A stretch of DNA of 36,807 nucleotides from Conidiobolus incongruus B7586 (lineage: Eukaryota): the NCBI GenBank assembly GCA_000697335.1, contig JNEM01011478.1, forward strand, positions 1 to 36,807, in the 5' to 3' direction. A program made the translations under genes and the position numbers. This document shows positions 12,029-25,064 of this stretch, piece after piece (position 1 is the stretch's first letter; the number at the start of each line of letters is the position of its first letter). The notes under the pieces are model-generated. The model was given only the letters and a program-made list of their open reading frames with translations, had not been told where the DNA came from and did not search any database.

Positions 12029-14275
12029 AACTTTTTGGGTAGGTTTTATTTTTTTAAAAGTATATTGACCTGAATAACATCAAATATCAATGTTTATAAA
12101 ATCGCAGTTATTTTTAACCCATTTTGATAAATTTGATTTAAAGATTCTTATTATTAATATATTATTTTCTTTAAAAATCAAATCCACAATTATTGTAAAT
12201 AATATAAAAATATAATAGGTTTATATTCTACTAACATTTTGTATATTTTAATTTGTGAAATTTACAAATATCTCAGATTATTTCAATAATGGTTATGGAT
12301 TAATTATATTTGGAATTAATTTAATCAATATAACCATTATATATAATTGTATGACTATTAATTAGTGTTTATATAATATGAAATATTTTAGATAATTCTT
12401 AACCTCTTCGAATAATTTTCTCATAGTGATATTATATAATTGAATAATATATTTTCCTTGAAAGAATATGTAATTCGAGTCAAAAAAATCTTTCTCCTTT
12501 ATGGATAATTTAGTTCCTAAGAGTAAAAAAATTAAAGAAATTAATTAATTTCTTAGGTTTTAAAAGTGATTAAACTCATTAATTACTTTGATATATTGAT
12601 TTTATTAATTATAGCAGAATATAATATCCAAGTTATAATTTTAACTAATATAGTGCAAATTTTTAAAGTATCGAGTTGGATGTTAAGTATCATGTTAAAT
12701 TATGGAACTTTAATTATTTAATAACATAAAATTTTTAAAGTAATATCATATCAAAAATTACACATTATTAATAATTAATCTATTTTGCTTTAACTTTTTC
12801 AAACCTTTGAATGAGTATATATTGGCTTTCTTTTGAATGAACAAAATTCCTTATCCAGAGTTAGGTTAAATCAGGTGCCACTTTGCGGTAACCAATATTA
12901 TAAAAGATATAGTATTTTTATAATATAATTTGATATTCTGTAATAAATTATATTGATACATAATTCATAATCAGGCATTTATATTTGAAATTTACAATTA
13001 ATAAAATTACACCCTAAATTATTGATTATTGAAATCTTAAAATATCCATCTATTATATGAGTTGATGAATGAAATATATTTAATAACATATATATATATA
13101 TATAACATTTATATTATTCATTGGAAAATATTCACAATAAAGTTTACTAATAACATTGATATAATAAAGTATATTGATTATATCTCGATATTGCAACTAA
13201 TGTAATAGTGAAGATAATTAATTAATTGTTTTTGTAGTTTTGAAATATATTTATTATCTAAATTATTGCTTATATATTATTGATTTTAATTATTATTATA
13301 CATTAACAAAATAATATTTTTAAAACAACACAGCACATTTTGAACTAGTAAAACTCTTATTAATTCAAAATTCAGATAATGAAATTAGCAGTTGTTCAAA
13401 CAGTTATAATTTAATTTATATAATTAAAATATTATAAAAACCTATTTTAAGAGAGAAATCTAATGGAAAAAATCATATTCAATTTGTGGCTCAATAAGTA
13501 AATTGTTATTTGGAATAGTATTTTATTTTGGAGTCTGACTTGATTTCAAGTATAATTCAATAACGCTAAATATTAGGTATTTTCAAATTGATGTTTTCAT
13601 TATTAAAAATGTACTAACATCAAACTGTATTTATTTTTTGTTAATAGAAGTATTTGCCACAAATGTAAAAATTCCAGATCGATATATATTCTTGATCAAA
13701 ATATTCAAGAATGAATACATCAAGAAAATCTGCTGAAAACGATAATGATGAGATCTAAATTTGAAGATAATTTTATATGTAAAATAATATTTAAACACTA
13801 ATGAAATTAATAAATGGAAATAATTTTAATATAATAAATAGACTTAAATAAACTTTGCAAACTATTTAGGATGTTTTTACTATTCATGAAAAATTAATTG
13901 ATTTAACCATTATATTACAGTTTTCTTAAGATAAAACATATTTAAAAAATTAATAATAGATATTTTGATAATATATAAAATTATCAGGCAAGTTATTATA
14001 ATATCAATTTCAGTTGATTATTATATATTGATATTAAATAAGTTAAATCAACAATATGCAAAAATGTACTTAATATATGGCTACCAATATTTAAAAGATT
14101 TAAAATATCAAATTGTAAAATAAAAATAATCCCAAAAAGTATAATTATTTCACAAAAAACTGAATAGATAAAATAATATTAATAAAAAAAGATCAATTTT
14201 GAAAAATATATTGGGCGATTAGAATAAAATGATTATAAAATTCAAAGGTACAAAGAGATGGTAAAGTAATATAAA

Positions 14276-15767
14276 TTACTTACGAACAACAATCTTATGA
14301 ACCATTTCCTCCTTGGCGATGAGATGATTGGTCTTTTCCACAAGGGACAACAGTTTGTTGATATCGTGGGTCCATTCGTTGAGGATGGTGTTGGCATCCT
14401 TAGGAGCTTGGAAGTTCACAATACCGGCGGGACGGTCAATTTTGGCGTAGATAGTCTTTGATACAACTAATTTGGCTAATACTTCTTCGGTTTGATCATG
14501 GCTTAGGTCTAAGAGTTCAGTCATACGGTTGAGAGTAATACGTGTGTAGTACTTCTCAATGACACGAATATTATGTTCGATGACACGGTTATGAAGATCG
14601 TCCCAGCGCTTGGCACCTTGTTCAGTGCCACGAACGAAAGGATCTATGGAGAGGAGAGTCTTACCATAAAGCTCTTCGAGACGAGGCCATCTAATGAGTT
14701 CGATAGTGGTAAAACTGGTACCTAATTCTTTGTGCTGAGGAGATTTTTCTAAATAGGGATCTTGCATGATACGATGGATTAAATCGCTTTGCTCATTGTC
14801 ATAGGGAGAAAGCATAGCAAAAATTAAGGCTTGCTCTAAAGATTGTTTTCTCTTGGATTCGTCAGCTTGGATAGAAGGAGTGTTATAGATTTCCAAGTAG
14901 TGTTTTGAAATATCCAAATAATTATTTTCATGTGAAGCATATTGGATCATAAGATTATAATATCTTAATTTGAGATCATGGTTGGCTTCATCTTTAAAGA
15001 AATTAAGACCAATCTTTCTGGAGATGATCAATGTGCGTACATAGTCCTGATTAGCAAGACATAATCTCATTTGTTCAAGTAAGAACTCTGTCTTTTCTCT
15101 CTTTTCCATTGAACCAAAAGTTTCGACTTGAAGTTCTTGTAAAATATCAGCAGCTTCGGAAATCTTGCCTTCATTTTCGTGGATTTTTGCTAAATAAAGA
15201 GTGACGCGAGCTCTTTCAACTTCAACATAGATTTTTCCTTCCGTTACTTGGCGAAGAGTGTTGATTAACTGAAGTTTGGTTTCCATATCAGGGGTTTCGT
15301 CTAAATAGGACATAGCTTTTTGAACCATAGAAACAATGGCCTACAACTTAGTTAATATTAAGTAATTGAATAAAATATTATAATGTTACCTGCTTGAGTT
15401 GACCGTGTTTCTTAGACAAAAGGATAACGATTTCGTTCAAACGAGCCCATGAATTAGCACTACGACAGACGTCTACGGAAGCGACCAAAAGTCTAGTGGT
15501 TGAAGCCAAATCGGCACCCTAAAATATTATTATTAAGACTATAAAACCCTCTAAATAAATAATTAATTACATTTCTAGTCTGTTTTTCCAAAGATAAAAT
15601 TTTTTCTAATGCTTGTTCAATTTGACCACCCTAAAAAAGATATTAATTTATTGAAAATCATAAAGCTCAAATCAAATTACTTGGACAAGTGGTTGAACTT
15701 GACTTAAAAGCTGATCGACTTCATTGGAGAAATCTTTCTCCATCTTAACTAATTTACCATCCGACAT
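14276..15767 (-). CDS. RPN5: 26S proteasome lid subunit Rpn5/PSMD12, about 446 aa
   Basis: Exons 15767-15681, 15630-15571, 15518-15390 and 15340-14276. Motifs LSLEKQTR, LSKKHGQLKQA, VTEGKIYVEVERAR, ELQVETFGSM and a PCI domain with AKIDRPAGIV. Confidence 0.96.
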
Positions 15768-17968
15768 ATGGTTAATAATTTATTATTGCTGATTTAAATG
15801 ATAGTTTCAATAATTTTGATAGTAATACTAATTTGATTTAAATATCTTTGATATATATATATATTTAATTTATATTTTTATCAAAATATATTTTTAAATG
15901 GAATGATGAATTTAGAATGAATGATTAATTGTTTTTTAAATTGAAATTGAATTGGTGTACTGCTTGCGTCATTTTAACCTTTTGAATTTAAGAATGAATT
16001 TGAAATTGTTATCCCATAATAAATTTTATTATTTTGATTAATAAAGCTTTGTTTTGATCTAAAGTAATAAATTTTTAAAATTTGGTATTATTTAGTTTAT
16101 TTCTAAATATAGTAAATAGTCCTATTATGAAAAATGTATTAATTGATAAAACATTGGAAGAATATTTAATAGTATATTTTTAAATTTTAAAATGACTTTA
16201 TTATTTAATTTTGTTTATCTAATATCTATTTAACCATCCAAATACTTCAACATTCAATTATATTAAATATAATATTCAAATAAAAAACTTAATAAATATC
16301 GAAATATATATTATTTAAATCGATCAATTATTGAAAATAATGCATATTTTGATAAAATAAACTGATAAAGTAAATACTATTAAATAAATAATCAAAGAAT
16401 ACTTTGATAATTAAATTGTAAAATTACTAAATTAATCAACATAATATATATTGAATGCAAATTTATTATTTAATCCATTAAAAAAATAAATCTACAATCG
16501 TTAATAAAATTATTATATTAAATGTTAATACTAGTTAACGTCTACAATGTGGATTAATGAATTTTTCAAGTTAATTTTGCAAATAAATTATATAGAAACT
16601 TTTTATGAAATATTGTAATAAATATTAGTATTTGGTCTCAAATTATTCGTCAAAAATATATCTGAGGAAAAATAATACCAAGATTAAAATAGAAAATTAA
16701 TTAATTGATTTAATATTTGAAAAGTTGAATTAAAACCTAATATTGTGTTATTCGAGAAATAATTAACTTTTAATGTTAGAAGATCAAAAAAAATTTTTCA
16801 TTTGTAATTATATCACTTGATATAGGTATATATTATAACTGTCAAAATTAAATAAAAAAATATAAATAATAGCATGATGACTTTATGAAATAATTTGAAA
16901 TTATATTGATTTAAAAAATGAGGTAAATTGGTTAAAAGAGGAGTTAACCTGAGAATAAAATCAAAAATCTTTCGAAGGACTCAGTATAGGGTATCTCAAC
17001 TGAAAAAATAAATGGGCTACAATAAAAATATCACAATGCTAACGTTTGGGTGAAATATGTTAAATATCATAATTAATACATCTATTAAATGCTAAAAGTT
17101 GAAAATAATTTAATGACTATTCCAACCTATTCAATCGCCACCTAATAAGTATTAATATACTGATTATATGAGCGTTAAGCAAGAAATTGGTAATTATAAA
17201 AATTTACAAATATCTGTATTAAATTATTGTGAATCAGTCAATAAAAAATAAGACATAGTAAATATATTATATACTGGTAAAATTTATGATTCTAATAATT
17301 GTAATTATAGTAATATTTGAGATTAATATAAAAATTAAGGGTTTGAATATTACATCCAGTACAAATTATGAAATAGGTTGGTATATTGATATTAAAAATC
17401 GTTTTCAAGACTGAAATTGGATAATATTTATAAAAATTCCATATATCTAAAAAGGGTGACAGGTTAGCTTATTAAAATAAGGTGAAAACAACTATTAAAC
17501 GTGATAAAAATAACTGAGAAAAACGGTTAATTGAAAATAAATATATGCGAAAAAAAATACATTACGAAAGATACCAATTTCGAAGAAACATGGTTAAGGT
17601 AGGTGGAAATATGAATCTAATAATTAACAAGAACTAAATCAAGATGAATGCAGAGTCAGAAAAGTGAGATCAGGAACATAACTCAAACAGAAGTAAATTT
17701 TCTCGAGACAGATATAACAAGGTAAGATCTATAGAAAAGAATTGTCGAAAAAAAAGATTCAAAATTCGGAAAGAAGTAAAGATTTTGGGGTATATATTAT
17801 ATTCCAAATAGATACTTGACGTTTGTTTTGAGTGAGCCAAACACGAAAATGTCCCAACTAATAAAAATTAGTAAAGTTAGTGGGTTAGATCTATGAAAAT
17901 ATGTAAATAAATTTGTGAGATTGATGTCACTTTTATTCCATCGATATACAAGCCAATGGCCATACAGC

Positions 17969-18560
17969 TTAGATAAGGACTAAAAATAAAGTTAGTATTG
18001 AAATTTGGGATATTTTTGAAAAAAATATTACTTTCGTAGGGAAGAGGAGTAACGGTAGTGGGGGCATTGTTCTTGGAAGAGACGAAGTGAGCAGGACGAG
18101 GACCTTCGGGTTGACGCTTCAAATTGATTTGTTCTAAAATAATAATATTAAAATTTCGAAATTTTGTTGATCACTTGAAATTTAGCTTACCACCAGATTC
18201 CTTGGCCTTGGCACGGAGTTCAGCGTTGAGCTTGACACGCTTCAAGAAATCATCACGGCACTTGGAGTGTTTGACGTGTTCAATGCGGAGGTTGACACGC
18301 TTTTCGATGTAGCGGTTACCAACACGCTTGTGGCAGATAACACCGACGGAAGTCTTGGTAACGTTGTAAACAATACCAGTCTTACCGTGGTAGTACTTGT
18401 GGGGCATACCCTTGTGGACAGCACCATTGGCCTTGATGTCAACAATGTCACCAACCTTGTAGACCTTGAGGTAAGTAGACAATTTAATTTGACCCTTCTC
18501 GCGGAAGTTGCGAGAGAACATAGAGCGAGTACGGGCACGATAACCGAAGGAGTGAGGCAT
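17969..18560 (-). CDS. RPL21: 60S ribosomal protein L21 (eL21), 160 aa
   Basis: Exons 18560-18191, 18133-18032 and 17979-17969. MPHSFGYRARTR...KGMPHKYYHGKTG...LKRQPEGPR, with strongly biased codon use. Confidence 0.97.
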
Positions 18561-18565
18561 TGTGA

Positions 18566-18670
18566 CTAATCAAAATACAAATTAGTATCAAGGAATCTTC
18601 GGTTTTTGATAAAATGATCAAGTCAATTTGATTTTTTATAAGTTGACTCTTTCATGTACCTAATTCTTAC
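18566..18670 (-). other. Probable 5'-UTR intron of RPL21 (105 nt)
   Basis: On the minus strand: GTAAGA donor at 18670, TACTAAT branch site at 18587-18581, and TTAG acceptor 5 nt before the ATG. Confidence 0.7.
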
Positions 18671-19051
18671 TTAAATGAAAAGGACAAGATCAAGCCGTGT
18701 ACTAAAAGTAAAAGGGAGATTTGGCTAATAGAATCATTACACTATATGTTGTAATCTCAATTTTTTCATTCACAATTCAGCAACTTAGCAAAAATTTTTC
18801 AAAGTTCGAAGCACGATATGATTGGTCAATTGAAGTAATTGGACGAATAGTAATTGATCAAAATATCACACTCTCTCCATTTGTTATAAAAAAATTTTTA
18901 CTAAGTTGAAGATTTTTAAAAATATGGGATTGATCAAATCAACTGAAAATTTTTACACTTAAAAAAACCCATTAAAAGGTAGCAATAAATTTGATACTTT
19001 AGCCCTCTTTCTGCCTTTGTAAAATCTGACACAGGCCTCGGTTCTTCCAAC
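18671..19051. promoter_or_regulatory. Bidirectional promoter and leader region shared by RPL21 and RPS9
   Basis: Short head-to-head spacer between two ribosomal protein genes. It contains ATTGG boxes near 18821 and 18838, an RRPE-like TGAAAATTTT near 18944, and TAGCCCT and TCTGCCT near 19000-19016. The motif assignments are tentative. Confidence 0.6.
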
Positions 19052-19931
19052 ATGCCTCCCAGAAATTGTATTCAATGATATATTTACTTCAACTAATTTA
19101 CAGTATTAGTAAGACAAATCCTTACTGTTAGCAGATCTGTTTTCCTATATCCAATATTTTTAAGATCAACAATTTATAAAATATAAGATATTGTTTATAA
19201 ATATATCATGAAGAGAAATATAGCAGCTCTTCTGGACACGAACGAACTTATGTGATTTAATCACTTGCTTAATCTTAAAGGAAAGCACCCTAGTCGGAGC
19301 TGCTTTACCGTTTTTTTCTTTTAATTAGATTCTAAGACCTACAAAGTACCTCGTCGTCCTTTCGAATCCGAGCGTCTCGATCAAGAACTCAAATTGGCCG
19401 GTGAATACGGTCTCCGCAACAAGCGCGAAATCTGGAGAATCGGTTTGATCCTTTCCCACATTCGTCGTGCTGCTCGTGAACTTTTAACCCTTGAAGAAAA
19501 AGATCCCCGTCGTCTTTTCGAAGGTAATGCCTTAATCCGTCGTCTCATCCGTATTGGTGTCTTGGACGAAGAAAAGGCCAAGCTCGATTACGTACTTGCC
19601 CTCAAGATCGAAGATTTCTTGGAACGTCGTCTCCAAACCCAAGTCTTCAAGCTTGGTTTGGCTAAGTCCATCCACCACGCTCGTGTCTTGATCCGTCAAC
19701 GTCACATTCGGTAAGTTTATACACTAATACTCTAAAATTCCACAATATTTATTGTTTTATAGTGTTGGTAAGCAAGTTGTCAATGTTCCCTCTTTCGTTG
19801 TCCGTTTGGATTCTCAAAAGCACATTGACTTCGCCCTCAACTCTCCCTACGGTGGTGGTCGTCCCGGCCGTGTCAAGCGCAGACGTCAAAAGGCTGCTGA
19901 AGGTGGTGACGAAGATGCCGATGAAGAATAA
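19052..19931 (+). CDS. RPS9: 40S ribosomal protein S9 (uS4), 188 aa
   Basis: Exons 19052-19067, 19329-19710 and 19763-19931. [18 protein letters not shown]...[13 protein letters not shown]...[22 protein letters not shown]...[10 protein letters not shown]. Confidence 0.97.
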
Positions 19932-21211
19932 GCACCTCTAACTAATATATATACATTTCTTTGACTTAGCCAATAAAGTTTGTCAAAGTAACCCCGAAGC
20001 GTCCATCCTAGCATTTCGGTTCTCCAAGATAGAATTATCATATTAATCTATTGTTTGTAATCCAATGAATATACCCCAGTTTCCATTCTACAAGTACTCT
20101 TATTTGATTTCCACTTCCATATTGCATTATTAATTTATTTTTATGTATTAGATTGGACTTTATTTTTGTCTTAGATTTAGTTTCCTTGTTCCATCTCTAT
20201 CAACAATTTTTTTCGGATTCATTATTTTTTATTAGCTCGAAAAGTCCTTCATTCAGTATTTATATTTTTGCCGATATAAGATAGGTTAGTTTAATATTCT
20301 TCCAATTTGATTTTTAATTCATGTCACATTTATATTATTCTCAGTTTTCATATACAATATATTTTGAACTAAATAATCAGATTTATTACTGATCTGACAA
20401 TGTGGAAATATTTTAAGCTATCTAGTACCAATCATGAATCAGAATATTTGATCAGTTCTTTTGATATAGCCACTTTATTATATCTTCAAGAGTACCGTTT
20501 AGCTTTCTTACTTGACTAATATTCTGATAATACACTAAACATAGGTGTAAAGCCCAATATTAAATTTAATAGATAATATTTACTAAATATATATCTTATT
20601 ATATCATTTTAATGATTTAATCATCCTGCGTAGTAAATTCTTTTCTGCTACAGTTTTACCCTTTTAAACAAAGATCAGGTAACGTTAGGAGTTAAAATAT
20701 TTGTCATGTTTAGTATCAACTCTTTTCACAGGTGAACTTTATAAAAATCGAAATAAATGTTTGATTCAATATTTTGATAAATAATTAATTGATCCAAAGT
20801 ATTGAAATTTTGATAAAAATGTATATTTCATCACCTTGTGCATTGAAAATATTAAATGACATATCTTATACAAAACAAAAACTAATATTATAAAGTTTTG
20901 TTTTTGATATTTTATCTGCAAAATAATCCTTTGGATTTTAATTTTAATTCCTAAAGTTACCAAATTTGAAAATATACTAACCAACCGCAACATTATTATA
21001 TTTAATACTATTTTAAAAATATTGATATTTTATTTTTTCAATTGTTGAATAATTTAAATGATTATTAAATTATCACTAGATGATATGTATTCATTTTAAT
21101 ATATATTGTAAACATATACCTATTTCAATTATTCAATATAATATTCAAAACGAAATATAGAATTTAACAAATCAATTTATGTTAAAATGGATAAAACAAT
21201 AACAATCTTAA

Positions 21212-21214
<3 letters not shown>

Positions 21215-21247
<33 letters not shown>
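21215..21247. repeat. (AT)16 microsatellite
   Basis: Perfect AT run. Confidence 0.9.
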
Positions 21248-21248
<1 letters not shown>

Positions 21249-22421
21249 CGATATACATAATCACAATCAATATTATTAAATTTGATTAATTATATTGTTT
21301 TTTTGAAATATTTTATTAAACAAACATTCATTTGATGCTATTGAAAGAAAGATAATTATTGTTTTATACTCTATTTTATTAATTCTAATATAGATTTTTA
21401 ATTTTTATATTAATTAAATTACTTTTTACCACTATCAATATATTATAATGATTATGCAAATATATATTTGACATACATTGCTTTGTATAAAAATTAATTA
21501 TAGATAATGAAATATGTGCTCACTGTATGATTTCCCAATACATATCTTGTTAGTAATTAACATTATATGAATATTTTTAAATTCAATATCTGAAAAATTA
21601 ATAGGATAATAATCAAATTTTAATCAGAATATATTTTGATATTTCATTTATTCTAATTCATCCAAATTATTAAACAACAATACTGTTTATTGAATAAATA
21701 TCATTGTGTATATTAATTTGTATTAATTTATATGTAAAATGTATAGAAAAATCCTATTTTTTATGGAAAATTTCTTATTTTAATATTTCGATATAAAAAT
21801 AATTTTATCATACAACCCATATTAAAAAATTATTAGCTTTACAAAATAATTATATTAAATCAGAAATGTTTTTTATTTTAAAATCTAATTTATCCATATA
21901 ATGTTATAATGCTCGCAATAAAATGATATATACATGCTTAACTTCTAGACGGTGTCTTTAGTAGTATAGTAGCTATTAGTATAATACTTGCTTAAATATA
22001 GCACTTTTTTAAGAGTTTTCCCAAAAATTGTCACCCTTTCATCTTGGCAATATTCAAATTTTCTCAATCAAAAATAAAAGAAATTAATGAATAATGTAAG
22101 CCCAATTACAATAAACATAACAATCATAAATACAATTATGTTCAATTGGCTGCCTTTAATGCATATATCTTAGTTTAGTTTAATACAAGATGTCAAGTTT
22201 AATTCTCCCAATAATATTTTATTAAGTTACTTGCTTAGGATAAGGGGCTTGATCTGCTATCATATATGGGCATTAATTCCAAAAATTTGCTAAATTATGA
22301 AATCATCCCAAAGATTAATGGAGAAAATTATGATGTAATGGCTATCATGTTTATAATTTTGTTTGATTTTTTAATCAATGAAAGTATGATCACTCTTTAA
22401 TTATGAATAAGATTCCAAACA

Positions 22422-23828
22422 ATGACAGACTCAGATGATTTAAAATCTGTAGCTAGCTTAATACTAAATTTTTCTTTAGATTATTTAGATACTAAATATT
22501 TAAAAGGTTTTCGTTTGGTTTGCAAATCGTGGAACAGGAGACTATCACCAGTTGTTTTTGAGCATCTGAATTTAATTCCGTATTCCGATACTGCTTTTTG
22601 GAGAAGGTATCAGTTACCTTATTTCACACCTAGCGAAATATATATTTCTACTTTAGTTAAGACTCTATCCGATTATGTTCAGCATACAAAAAGTTTAAAT
22701 ATATCAGGACGGTTCACTCTTAATCTTCCCGTCATTTTGTCTAATCACTTTAATTCAGTAACGAGTATTCAGTTAAACAATACTACAATGTGCCTTACGT
22801 TATTCTCGGATTTGACTCATGTTCTAAATAACTTGTCGGAGTTAGTGATAAAGAATGTAATTTTAGAAATGGATTCGGATTGGGAGGAATCACCTAAGCC
22901 ATTATTTCCCTCAAGCTTAAAAGTTCTTAATATCAATACATTCCACGATTACTTCGACTTTCCTAAAGATCTCTGGTTTACTAAAAATTGTATAGAATCT
23001 CTGGCTATTACAAATAATGCACAATCCATATTAATTCCATTTTATTCACAAATTCATAGCTTTAAACAATTTATATGGAAGAGAAGGTTCGAAGTCTCGG
23101 GGATTAGCCAATTTGAGTCAACGATAGATCACAATCCCCAACTTGATACCATTTCACTTAGATACCATTCTATGCTAGTCTCTACTCTTGATAACATTGT
23201 GTCTAATCTACCTTGGAAGAAACAAACCATTCGATTGGATAGAATCAAGCTCTTCGCGAATTACCATACTCCACTTGAGACGCCTATTTATTTTGAATTT
23301 GGAAATCTTGTTAATTTAACAGAGTTTAAACTTTGTTTTACACCAATGATCTCTCTCCCATCGATCCATTCATTGCTATTGGGATGCAAGAAATTGACAA
23401 CACTGGTGCTCTATTTGGAAGAGATTACTCAACTTGAAGTAGATTTGATTGGTATGAACTGTCCAAATTTAAAATTACTATCACTGGGCGCAAACAAATT
23501 TAACTCATCCAAATTTTTCCAAACTCAGTTCCAATGTAAAAATAAGTTAGAACAATTATATTTAGAAAATTTAGAATTCAACATTGATTTAATTGACTTT
23601 AAGGATCAGTTTAAAAATATGATATATTTCTCAATCTTTAATACTTTCGATAGGTCAACTGAAGAAATTCAAATGTTACGAAATCAGTTCAAGTCTATTA
23701 ATTGGAGTTTCCAATGTCAATGGAGGTTTGAATTTGGTTATAGTTTTGGTTGTATCATTTTTAATCCTTTGAATTTACCAAAGCACTATAATTACTATGC
23801 TAACACTATTAATGATTTATATTTATAA
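22422..23828 (+). CDS. F-box / RNI-like leucine-rich repeat protein, 468 aa, intronless
   Basis: Long ORF with N-terminal F-box-like LDYLDTKYLKGFRLVCKSWNR and LRR-like units (LNNLSELVI, LVNLTEFKL, CKKLTTLVL, CPNLKLLSL, KLEQLYL). Confidence 0.8.
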   Translation: MTDSDDLKSVASLILNFSLDYLDTKYLKGFRLVCKSWNRRLSPVVFEHLNLIPYSDTAFWRRYQLPYFTPSEIYISTLVKTLSDYVQHTKSLNISGRFTLNLPVILSNHFNSVTSIQLNNTTMCLTLFSDLTHVLNNLSELVIKNVILEMDSDWEESPKPLFPSSLKVLNINTFHDYFDFPKDLWFTKNCIESLAITNNAQSILIPFYSQIHSFKQFIWKRRFEVSGISQFESTIDHNPQLDTISLRYHSMLVSTLDNIVSNLPWKKQTIRLDRIKLFANYHTPLETPIYFEFGNLVNLTEFKLCFTPMISLPSIHSLLLGCKKLTTLVLYLEEITQLEVDLIGMNCPNLKLLSLGANKFNSSKFFQTQFQCKNKLEQLYLENLEFNIDLIDFKDQFKNMIYFSIFNTFDRSTEEIQMLRNQFKSINWSFQCQWRFEFGYSFGCIIFNPLNLPKHYNYYANTINDLYL

Positions 23829-23991
23829 ATTATCGTTTGAATTACTAAAATAATAATAAAGCCAATCACTTTATTTAATTTGTTAAATAATATTCTAGTT
23901 AATTGATGAAATCACTTATAATTTTTTTATTAAATTCTTTGTAATATAATAACTTTTTTATTTTTATCAATTCATAACAACAATTGTTTAT

Positions 23992-25064
23992 TTATTTAGA
24001 TTTTTTTAATTGTTCTAGATATTCGTTAAAAAATCTTTGACGTTGTTTATAAGGTAATTTAATTGCTTTAGGGTTGAAACTGATTTTCTTATTAAAATCT
24101 TCCCATCTAGTTGTGGTTTTAACGTGTTTTGTCAATAAATTCTTAAAATATTCTTCATCATTCTAACCATTGTTATTATTAGTCAAATTCATAGTAATAT
24201 TAATGATATAATAAATTACATTGGGTTTCGTTGGTAAATCTTTGGTTTGAAATTTCAATTCTTTACAATATTTGGTAAATATATTTTTGCATTCTTTGGG
24301 GTTATTAATAGCTATAGTAATATATTGTTATTAATTCTAAAATAAGCTATCAATTGGCATTTTTTACCTAAATATCTTTGATCATGTTGGAGCTTAGGTA
24401 ATACATCTTCCCATAAGTCAACTGGGGATACTTTAATTTCGTTTAATAAATTCTATGATAATATTAATTTAATTTGAGCTTAAATACAAATATTGATGAG
24501 TTGAATTACTTGAAAGTTTAAAATTTTAATTTCATCAGGTATATCTTCAACCATATCATCTTCATTAGAACCTTCCATTAATTCATTCATCGCCTGCAAC
24601 TGGTATTCAATATCATCCTCGTTCATTCTAAATACCAATTATTAAAAAAAATCAAAATATCTAAGTAAATTATCTTACTCTGTAATTTCGTTTGCATTGT
24701 TATTTTCTATTTGAGTTTGAGTTTCAACTCTAATTAAATCTTCAGGTTCTTCCCAAGTACTCTCTTTAGTTTTTAAATTATGATAAAATCGAAAATTTTG
24801 CCTCGTTATAACCATTATATAATCACTATTTTCAATATTTTTACTATAAATAAATTATATATCAGTATCTTTTGATAGCACTTATAAAATTATCAATTAC
24901 GTTTTAATAGGCTTATCACCTGAATAATTTTGAATTTTAGTTTGGTTATCCAATTCAACATCGTAATCTTTAGGTTTTTCCCATTGAGATTGATTTGTTA
25001 TTATGTTATAATAGAATGGGGTGTCGTCTTGATTGTAATGAATGGACCAAACGCGTACTGTCAT
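23992..25064 (-). CDS. WW-WW-FF-FF protein, Dre4/Urn1/TCERG1-like splicing or transcription factor, about 264 aa
   Basis: Six exons (25064-24901, 24843-24679, 24627-24510, 24452-24368, 24311-24220, 24162-23992) join in frame. WW1 WSIHYNQDDTPFYYNIITNQSQWEKP, WW2-like RFYHNLKTKESTWEEP, EDDIEYQLQAM, and FF domains FQNLLNE...WEDVLPKLQHDQRY...IFTKYC and FKNLL...RWEDF...RQRFFNEYL. Confidence 0.82.

Noticed and set aside
12535..12554. 20-bp perfect palindrome AAGAAATTAATTAATTTCTT
   Set aside because: Low-complexity AT sequence, plausible by chance, with no element structure around it.
13653..13661. PACE-like TGTGGCAAA (minus strand) near RPN5
   Set aside because: It is an imperfect match lying downstream of the gene, not in its promoter.
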